From: Anthoceros angustus
Taxonomy: Eukaryota; Plantae; Anthocerotophyta
DNA length: 64,000 nt
NCBI GenBank assembly: GCA_010909165.1
Contig: MU008205.1
Coordinates: 124,001 to 188,000 of the forward strand
Direction of reading: 5' to 3'
In this document: positions 38,131 to 47,587 of the stretch, in pieces
How positions within the stretch are numbered: the first letter of the stretch is position 1
How the letters are laid out: each line of letters starts with the position of its first letter
Made by a program: the position numbers and the translations under genes
The notes under the pieces: model-generated
What the model was told of the DNA's origin: nothing
What the model saw: the letters and a program-made list of their open reading frames with translations, nothing else
Databases searched by the model: none

Positions 38131-38163
38131 AAATTGACTGTCAATGACAGTCAATTTTCCAGA
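38125..38163. other. Palindrome/hairpin with 15-bp perfect arms and a 1-nt loop
   Basis: gaaaattgactgtca-a-tgacagtcaattttc (38129-38159), extendable to 19 bp with one mismatch. Confidence 0.9.
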
Positions 38164-38499
38164 TGTGTGGACTATTATGTCAAATGACTATTATTTGCGA
38201 AAGTGAAAAACCTGGTAGTTTAAGTTTTAACGATGATGAGAGAAAGCACTTATATTGTGCCCAAGCGGCTCTAAAAGCTGATTCACGACCTCATTATCGC
38301 CTCGATGCGATCCAAGCGGAGCGCGTCGGCCCCAGACTCGGCGCTCCCTGCCGCCGAGAGGCAGGGCGCGTGGCGCGCGGCCTAGAAACGGTCTCGGCCT
38401 AGCGGCCTCGACCGTTCTCGGCGTAACGCCCCTCGTCAGTTCTAATACTTGGATCGTGCGATGCGCCTCGAACCTCGGTCATGGTTGCCCAAGACCATA

Positions 38500-40440
38500 G
38501 GCAGCACGGTGTGTGGGTGTGGGCCGGGCGGATGTATGAGCTCAAGAGCAAGGGACATACATTAATGAGCTCAAGGCCAAGGTGCATTAATATAAAGCAG
38601 ACTTGCGGACACGAGGCGTGAATAAGGTGAATATCTCTCGAAAGAATGGTATCGCTCCACACAGGAGAATGCTAACCACCGGCGTCATAGCGAGGATGGC
38701 AAGGCACAGGCTCGCATAGCCTTTTGCGTTTTCACGCCAAAATGATGCAAACCACGATGCTCACAATCCCTCGCGGATCATGGGTGTGCTCATGGTCTAA
38801 TATCAACCCCCATTACAAGCTACCCTTACTACCAAGAAAAGAAAGCCTTGGGCCTCGAGCCCCACAAAGACATATATTTATGTGTAGACACCTCAATCTT
38901 TTGCCTCGGGACTGCTATGGGCTGGGCACTATGGGCAAGATACTCCTCGCGTGCCACTTTTGCATCCCTGCTCAGTTGATAAGCCTCATCAATGTCCATC
39001 GGTCGTGATTGAAGTCGCGATGGCCAGAAAGGGTGGATCGACCGGATGGGGACCAACTTCCCTTGATGAATTTAAAATATAATGTAGCTTTCACACCCTA
39101 TTACTTGTAGTTAAGCGGTGTGGATCAATACCGGATGGGGGCTTCCCTTGATGAAATTAAAATATCATGTAGCTTTCAAAGTGCCTTGGTTGCTACTTTG
39201 CATGTTGGAAGTTGAGTGTAAGTGAAGTTACAACATGGTGCGATATGAAGCTCACTTGCAAGTCCAAATGTACATCACGCCTGACACAGGGCTACACCCG
39301 GTCTTGCCGCAGGCCCAGGCCCAGTGGCTTGGTAGGCGCTTGGCGGTGGTGCCTATATTTTATTGTTCTCCCAGCCCTAGCTGCCACATAGATTCGATAT
39401 TTGGGTGCATCGGTGGCTTGGCACACGGCAGGGCGGCGCGTTTTGCTATAATTATTATAGAATTGAGCGAGAACCTTGGGCCTCGAGCCTCACAAAGACA
39501 TGTATTTATGTGTGGACCTCTCAATCTTTTGCCTTAGAATTTGTCATGGGTGGGCACTCCGGGCAAGATACTCCTCGCGCGCTTTTGCATCCACCTCGGT
39601 GATAAGCCTCATCAATGTCCATTGGTCGTCTGGATCCGAAGTTGCAATTAAGCCGGGAGGGTGGATAAGTACCTGGATGGGGGACTTACCTCCCTCGATG
39701 AATTTAACATATCATGCAGATTTCACACCCCATTACTTGTAGTTAAGCCGAGAGGGTGGATCAGTACCCAGATGGGGGACCTACCTCCCTCGATGAATTT
39801 AACATATTTGCAATGTAGCTCTCACACCCCATAACTTGCAGTTAAGCCGGGAGTGTGGATAAGTATCCCGATTTATGAACGGACATTCCTTTATGAACGG
39901 ACATTCCCTTATGAACGGACATTCCCTTATGAACGGACATTCCCTTATGAACGGACATTCCCTTATGAGCGGACATTCCCTTATGAACGGACATTCCCTT
40001 ATGAGCGGACATTCCTTTATGAGCGGACATTCCTTTATGCTTCTATATCCAAACTGCCTTGTTCACTTGGTTGCTACTTTGCATGTTGTAAGTTGAGTGT
40101 AAGACAAGTTACAACGTAGTGCCCAAAGTGCCTTGTTACCTTTAAATTTGTTACTACTTTCCTCGTCGTAAGTTGAGTGTAAGTGAAGTTACAACATGGT
40201 GCGTTGTGAAGCTCACTGCAAGTCCAAATGTAGCTCATGCCTGACACAAGCTACACGAAGCTGGTGACCCGGTCCTGCCGCATGCCCAGGTTGCATGGCT
40301 TGGCAGGCGCTTGACAACGGTTCCTTTATTTTATTGTTCTTGGCGCCCGCATTGATTGATGAGAGTCTATGCACTAGCGGCACCGTAGCACTTGGATTGG
40401 CCGTTTATTCATTATTATAGAATTGAGCGGGAATGCGGGC
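38500..40440 (+). repeat. Family X copy 3, with internal re-duplications and 90-bp units
   Basis: Homologous to copies 1 and 2. The gcaagtccaaatgta..gctacac..cttgccgca module recurs at ~39255 and ~40215. Confidence 0.85.
39874..40038. repeat. Minisatellite, ~9 x 18 bp (atgaacggacattccctt)
   Basis: Directly visible. It generates the spurious YERTFP and MSVHKG repeat ORFs. Confidence 0.97.
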
Positions 40441-40718
40441 TTCATCACGGCTTCACGGTCGCGGGCTTCATTTCTAGTCATTCGCCTCCTTTGCTTTGCA
40501 CGGCTTGCTTAGCGAGGAGGAAGTGGCTTTTTGTTTCGGTGTTGTTTCTTGTGTGTTTACTTACTCGAAACAACGTGGGCAACGATTCGAATCATCGGCC
40601 GTGCTTGTAGGTTTCAAGGTAAGTGGATCATGCATAAGAGTTTGTCTACTTTCAAGTTTGTGTACTTTCAAATTTGTCTTCCATACGTTTCTTACCCCAA
40701 CCACCTGCGCCATGTAGA

Positions 40719-43468
40719 TGGTGCGCGAGACTCGTCGAGGCCAAACTCCAATTTCAAGCTCAAGCGGATGACACCACTCGGCTCGCGGCAGTAGCGCTTG
40801 TGTTGGGAGAAGAAGCAGTCGAGCAAGCATTGCGAAGCGGCCTCCTGCTGAGGCACGGTGGTTGGGGTCAATAGAAATGTCCTTGCGGCGAAGAAGGTCC
40901 TCGGAGATCTTCCGGAGGATGCGAGAATAAAATGGGCCAAGGTGAAGGTGGGAAGCGCACAAGGGCTGGGAGTGGAGGAGGTCGGAAGCGAGCTCCTGCA
41001 GCGGTGAAGGATGTGCCCTCGCGGACAATGAGGAGCTTGAGCTCGAGGAGGTGCTTGTCACTCCTCCTCCATGGGACGATGTGCTTATCGCTCCTCGGCT
41101 TGTGGAGGATGCGGTTGTCACTACTCTCGGTATGTTGGAGTTGAGGAGTTGTGGATCTTGATCTGGCGGCAGTGTGGAAAAGCCGTGCTTGCGGTGATCT
41201 GCATCTGGATCCTCTTGTGGCACATGTGATGGTGGATCCCAAGCTTGTGCATGGAGCGGCCGGGAGCGAGCTTGGGTCTAATCTATCCGTGGCAAAGGGG
41301 ACTGGGCACGGTGGGGCGAAGAATCGCCATGTCCACACTTGGATCTGCTCAAGCGGATCTGGCTACCGAGGTGAAAGGTAAAGGATCGAGGCCCCAATTT
41401 TCATCTCAAACGCCCCTTCCCAGCCCCTCTCCCAACCCAGACCCTTTGCCTCCTCCAACCGCAAATGTTGTTCCTTCACCCACCCAGCTCCTTCTCCCAA
41501 TCCTACCCCCTCTCCCACCCCCGCACCTCTCCCTAGTTCTCCCACCCATGCCTCTACATCTCAACATACCATAGCTTCACCTCCAGCTCCAAAAGCACCT
41601 GTGCTACGTAGGTTGCCAAGAAAACATGTCTCTTCGAACCTTGAAGAGGAGGAGCTGACGGGCATGACTACGGAGGCATATGAAAAACTACATCGAGCAA
41701 AGGGAAGGAAAGGTTCACATCATCCACAGATCGGACATCTACCGAGGAACAGTCGGTGCATGAAGGATCCTCTATGTGCTTGATATACTTGATGTGTGAT
41801 CGAATTTTGGACTGCCACTCTGTAGATGGGCTGCTCTTACTGTACAATGTAAATTGGTTGTGCAATTGTTGGTTCTCTTGCAATTTATTTGTGTTGTGGT
41901 GTACTGGATCTAGAGATTGAGTCAACTGTTTGTTCTCTTGCAATGAGTTTGTGTTGTGTTGTACAGGCTCTAGAGATCAAGCCTTTACATGCTCTAGAGA
42001 TCGAGCCTGCACAAGCTCGATCTTTAGAGCCTGTACAGGCTTGATCACAAGAGGTGGCCACTAGATCTAGGGAAAGCATGGATGTGTCGAGCTGTCTTGG
42101 CTCATTGTATGGCTCATTCAACGACCCGTGTCGGGCTGTCTGAGCTTGTTGTACGGGCTCATTCAACAACCCGTGTCAGTGGACTGTCTGCAAGCTCGTT
42201 ATGCAGGCTCATTCAACAAGCTTGATACGGGCCTGTACCACGCTCATTTCTGACCCACAAGCTCGTGTACATTCGATCTGTTGGGCTTCTGTTCTTTATT
42301 CTGTTCTCACACTCATTGTGCTTGCATGTTCATTAGTTCTCACCACTAATTGCTTCCATGGTTTTGTTCTCGTAGGTTGGATCAAGGAGGATACTCGAGC
42401 TATCAAGTAATGCAATTCCGGTGTCGATGGGCAATCGACATTTTTGTCGTAATAGGTAACTTTTGGAGGAGAAGCTTGAGGTTGATATGACCGAGGGCAA
42501 TCCCTGAGATGATGTTGGTGGCTCTTTGGACAATGGCTCATGTGTGTGATCAGCTCTTCTCCAATATGATCAAGAATTGGAAGTACAATCTTGCAAGATG
42601 TGCCGCTTGTTCCTTTCGTGAGTATTCTACGAAGTACAAGCCCCGTGAACTTTCAACAGTTCATTTATGAGGTCAACACTTGGAAGGGCTTGGAGGATGA
42701 GCCGAGCTCGCAGATAGAGACATAGAAGAGGATTGTTGCAATTCGCCCCATCGGAGAAAAAAATCGATGTCAGTTCATGCTCGAGATGCAGGATATGCGA
42801 GGTTTTGTGAGGAAGAGGTTACTCTTTGCTTGTGATGGATGTCCACGTGGATTCGAGAAGGGCCCAAAGGATGGAAGGTTTGATATTTGGCAAGTTGGTA
42901 ATGTTTTGCATTCCTTCCATGACTTGACCGAATGCAGTATTCAGATGATCATAATGCATGGTGTGGAAGATTCACATATTGTGCGAGCCTATCGGAAGTG
43001 GTGCGGAGGGTGGTCTTGTTTCATTTGTGTGGGACAAGACAAATGTCAACAACGACAAGGGTGGGTTTGATACGGTGGAGTATGTCCTTTGTCGGGTGGG
43101 GGTGAAGAAAAGCTACGAGTTGCGTGGTCATGTTACCTAATGTTTTGCAGGGCACTTTCAATAATGGTCGGTCGGTGATTGCCCACCATACAATTGTGAA
43201 AAAGCTGGTATACCATTCACTTGACAAACTTGTTGTTTGTCCCTACCAGCGGCCTTTAGGTTTGATGATGAAGCTTATCAAGACATTCTCCAAGGAAGGG
43301 GAATGGATATTGGATGCATGTGCAGGTAGCGGGTCATCTTTAATGGCTGCCTTGTTGTCTGGCCGCAATTGTATTTCTATCGAGGCAGACAAGAGGTGTG
43401 CAGAAGTCATTCCACAGCGTGTACATGGATATGAAGTACTGCCTGATGCGGAGGAGGAGGCCACATGA
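40719..43468 (+). CDS. Putative spliced gene ending in a beta-class N4-C/N6-A DNA methyltransferase domain (N6_N4_Mtase-like, ~42815-43420), frameshifted as assembled
   Basis: Motifs in beta order: YSLLVMDV[P]RGF (degenerate motif IV, ~42820-42850, needs +1); SFVWDKTN (43021-43047); TVEYVL; CPYQRPLGLMMKLIKTFSKEGEWILDACAGSGSSLMAALLSGRNCISIEADKRCAEVIPQR (motif X-I-II, ORF 43124-43468). Linkage to the upstream exons (ATG 40719 after a gtaagt..tag intron, Pro-rich linker, acceptor at ~42375) is inferred. Confidence 0.8.
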
Positions 43469-44711
43469 GCCGCATCGTCGTGGTCCATCTCAATTCTGGG
43501 CCAAGGAGGTTTGGCCACGAGAAGGATATTGGGAAGGCTCAAATTGTGCCTCTAGGGTGAGCGAATGAAAGAAAGGGAGACCACAGCCGATGAGGGGCAC
43601 AGACACTAGAGGTCAGATGGCACACTCGGGTTGACGGAAGGAAGACGACGACGCCAGCGATGATGGTATTGACTCTTTCGGAGACATATGAAGAACGTCG
43701 AGAAGCGTCACGTAGTTCACGATAGTGAAGCCGGTTTGTGCGGTTGAATCTTGGACCGTGAACTTCCTTAGGTGGCTAGAACATTTTCCTGCTCCGTGTA
43801 ATCAGATGTCGATGGGCCGTTGTCTTTGGAGTGGATGACACGCCGGATCTTCTAGTAGCAAGTTGTTCTGTGTCTGGCCATGAGGCCGTTTTTGAATACA
43901 TCTGGGCGGACGCACTCTACTTATAACTGAGCATTGCCGCTTGTCCGCAAGCATCCCTGCACCTTGGCACCTTCATTGCAGACCCCTTTGCACACGAAAT
44001 TCAAATGTCAATCACAATGATTACTTGGCACGGGCGCATGTGCTTTCGAAGAGACGAGTTTGGAGTGAATTAGTAACTGTATGAAAAGTACCAAGCGGCG
44101 GCAATTTTTCCATAACCGGCGTACATTATTCCGCCGGTATGAATATTATCATGATCCAGCTAAGCCATATCAACGAGCAAGATTTGGCTGGGTTGTATGG
44201 GCAAGTCTGGATATGGGGTGTCCGCACGCCTTGGTGGCACGTAGCATAAAAAAACTGGTTGTGTCATTTGGTCACATGGACCAGCCTCTGTGTCACCGAA
44301 ATTCAAAATTACACACGGGAAGGAACCTCCGCGAGAACATAAAAAAAGGGCGCTCCCGCGTGTTTTCCTACTCTCGTGAAGATCGGGAACCGATCGTGCC
44401 TAACCAAATGCGGACTTCCTTCGCCCATTGTCTGCCGTCCCCGTTGATGTCAATGTGGACACGGTGGGTGGTGCTTTGGGATGCATTCATGGCATATGTT
44501 GCTGAATTGATGTGAAAAGCTTGGCTGTTCCTGCAGGGTGGAGACGTACATCTGCACGATACCGGTGCAAATGCCTGGAGAGGAGGGCAGGGCAGAAGTC
44601 TGGCGCGCGATGCGTTGTGTGGCAAGGTTTCCGGCATGGATTGTGCAGGAATCGCCGATTGTGCAGGAATAGCCGATTTGTGACGGTGGAAGTTTCTCAA
44701 GCCTGATTGGG

Positions 44712-45530
44712 GTGGTTCTGCCCATGATGGCCCGCTCTCCTTGTAGTCAACGACGGTATTGGGCTGAGAGGAAGCGTCTGCAGCGGGAGAGGCAAGCTTT
44801 GGCACAAGCTGCGAGAACGGCGCAAAATAGGAATGAACCGGTGGACATAGTAGGCACTGGTACAGCAGCAACATCAGCCTCCACCTCCACAAGCCGAGTG
44901 CGTGTCTGGCGCGCGATGCAACGCGTTATTTCAAGGTCGTTGGGGGTTGATACCTGCACAATCTCGCGCCGACAGCAACTAGCAAGGGAGCTTGGAGAGC
45001 AATTCTTGCGGATGACAAGTGAGTTCTCAGTGCAATGTCGCCGTGAGATCTATAGTACTTTTGAAGAGCTTCCTCTGCTGAAGGACTTTCGGACTCCCCG
45101 GGCACTGACTGGGAAAGATGAAGAGTTGTTTACTGTTCTCATGAGGAATATGAGCACAGCATGTAAGAATTTGAAGGATGTTCAGGTCGGCGATCACCTG
45201 CGAGCCAGAAATACGCTCTGGAATATCATTTTGTCGCCGGGTCTGGATGACCATCTGATTCCCACACTGGCCAAGCACATTGGTGTGAGTCGGAAGCAGA
45301 TCCGATCTGCAGTGAAATTGCGGGGTGGGAAGGATTGTCGGGGCCAAGGTATGTGGTGTGGGTCCGGAAGGAAGCTTAGGTCTGATGATGTGAAAAACAG
45401 CATTTTGCAATTTTTGGAGCTCGCCTCTCCACCTTCCTCCAACACAAAGGACACCAAGCGCCTACGTACCGGACGAAACACTTTTGACTAGCACATCATC
45501 CACTTCTTGGATACTTCACGGGTGAGATGA
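44712..45530 (+). pseudogene. N-terminal fragment of an unclassified DNA-transposon transposase-like protein
   Basis: The 259-aa ORF has an HTH-like LAKHIGVSRKQIRSAV and RKLRSD..SILQFL..SPPSSNTKDTKRLR, and continues past a TAG as HIIHFLDTS before breaking off. Family not assigned. Confidence 0.45.
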
Positions 45531-45602
45531 ATATGCTGTACCTGGATTCCATGCTTGTGTTGTGAGTGCGAACCTTCATCTGTGCTACTCCCCTTACCTT
45601 CC

Positions 45603-46951
45603 ATGCTTGTTTGTAGCTGCTGTTCACGTCGCCCTTGCTGGTGCAGCCAGCAAGAGCTAGGGATCTGGAAGGGACATCCAAGGGCAAGGGGGCCGGATCC
45701 GATTTCCAGGACGATTACTACGCCACAACGTGCCCCGGGGCAGAGATCATCATCAGACGGGCTGTTGCAGCCGGCGTAGCCCAGAATCCTGGAGCTGCGC
45801 CTGGGCTCATCCGAACCCAGTTCCACGACTGTTTCGGCAACCTTGTAAGCGATGCAGATTGCAGAGACATGTTTCCTTCACCACTTCAAACGTCTCCATA
45901 CACTTGCAAATGCTCACCTACAATACCTTCAATTGCAAATTGTTGTGGTGGATGGAATGGGCAGAAATGCGACGCCACCGTGCTCCTGGACCCTTCGTCC
46001 GACAATCCGGATCCCGAGAAGAACTCCATATTCAATTTGTCCTTGCGAGGAGTTGACGTAATCGACAGCGCCAAGGCCGCTGTGGAAGCCGAGTGCGAGG
46101 GATTGTGTCGTGTGCCGACATCATCGCCTTTGCGGCCCGGGATGCCGTTGTTGTGGTTGGTCCTTTGAGTCCTCCGATCCCTGCTCTTCTTCTGCTGGTG
46201 CCATTGCTCCTGCGACAGAGCTAGGGACAGCGCACTGACATTTGCTGCCCTGGACGAATTTGTGATGTGCAGACCGGGGGATCCTGGTACCCGGTGTCCG
46301 GGGGCCGGAAGGACGGCAGAGTCTCACAGAAGTCGGAAGCTGACGCCAACTTGCCAGCCCCGTCCTCCAACGTCGACACTCTCATTCAGAAGTTCCAGAA
46401 GGGCGGCATCGGCCTGGCTGACATTGTCACGCTCTCTGGGTAAGCAGTCGTGGTACCGGAATTCAATCTCTGGCAGGTTACATGCATCTGCAGGCTGGAA
46501 CCTAACCATCGTGGGCGTGGCATGCATCCTGATCTCAGGATCCCACACGGTGGGAATCGGACACTGCCCGAGCTTCCAGGAACGCCTCTTCAACACCACC
46601 ACGGGCGTCGTCCATCTGGACCCGACGATGGACCCCAAGTACGCCAAGCAGCTGCTGGCGCTGTGCCCTCCGAATGGCCCCTTCTTCAACGGCAACATCT
46701 TCACGAACGAGGAGCCGGTCACTCCCAACTGGTTCGATACGCAGTACTACAGCAACCTGGTGCGCCACAAGGGCCTCTTCACCTCCGACCAGCAGCTGTT
46801 CCAGGATTCCAGAACCCGAAAGCAGGTTCTGCGCTACGCCTCCGACAGGGCAGCCGTCTTCCGAGATTATCCGGGCGCTGTCACCCGCATGGGTGCCATC
46901 GGCGTCTCCACCACCGGCGAGGTCCGCCTCAACTGTCGCAGCATCAACTGA
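45603..46951 (+). CDS. Class III secretory heme peroxidase (4 exons; three 1-bp indels as assembled)
   Basis: Motifs: YYATTCPGAE; LIRTQFHDCF (distal Arg/His); CDATVLLD; SLRGVDVIDSAK; [IVS]CADIIAFAARD; GRKDG; LS-G|SHTVG (proximal His); TPNWFDTQYY; GLFTSDQQL; GEVRLNC. Introns: 45845-45964, 46156-46272, 46440-46538. Start codon uncertain. Confidence 0.93.
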
Positions 46952-47045
46952 AAGGAAAGGGATGATAAGGGATGATAAGGGGTGGAAAGGGGAGGGAAGG
47001 AAGGAAAGGGGAGGGAAGGGAAGGAAAGGGGAGGGAAGGGAAGGC
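46952..47045. repeat. Polypurine simple repeat (GGAAA/GGGA)
   Basis: gaaaggaaagggatgataaggg..ggaaggaaaggggagggaagggaagg directly after the peroxidase stop codon. Confidence 0.9.
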
Positions 47046-47587
47046 TGTGGTTGGCGGGCAAGCTTACAAGTTTGCCCGCCAGCCACGGCCTGCATCAATG
47101 TACTATCCAATGTACTAACCGATCCATAGCTACCTTCCGCACTCCCTCCCATTGCCAACACCAGTAGGCCAAACGATCAAAGACCTTTTCTGTCAATAGG
47201 CTCTGCTGTAAACAGCGGCTGCAATCAACATTCATATCCATTTCTCGGATGGACGATTGAAGATTCCGGTAGTAAAACTCTGAAATAGGAATGGCTATGA
47301 CCAAGTGTAGCAACCTTGCTTCACTGTGGTCGGTAAAGCCCTAAACCCTACAAGCAAGTGGTAATTCTGTGCGGGCCCGCAGGCTCCGCTGTAGAATCTC
47401 GCAGCGTCTTCCCACGGACTTTGGCTGAGGGCTGCCAGGTGCATCTACATTCACTGTCTCTGGCTGCTCAGCAGATTAGGAAATGCTGCGATTGCCAATG
47501 CTTCATCTTCATGTAGGGTTCCGCGTTGAATTCTGACTCGAATGCTGGTGGTTCCAGGTCTCGGTAGTGGTGATTGGTGTTGGAACC

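Noticed and set aside
38346-38400. GC hairpin followed by CTAG as a Helitron 3' end
   Set aside because: CTAG is not followed by the expected T target, and no 5' TC end or RepHel motif was found.
39842-40119. ORFs with YERTFP / MSVHKG / GHSLMN repeats
   Set aside because: All three are by-products of an 18-bp DNA minisatellite, with no evidence of coding.
40561-41338. Minus-strand 220-aa and 156-aa ORFs
   Set aside because: Low-complexity antisense frames over a GC-rich plus-strand coding-like region, with no domain signal.
42420-42445. DGN-R/H string hinting at a ParB-like DGxHR motif upstream of the MTase
   Set aside because: It needs a frameshift and has the residues swapped, which is too weak to call.
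47338-47350. CCCTAAA telomere-like motif (also taacccta at ~63553)
   Set aside because: Single units only, expected by chance.
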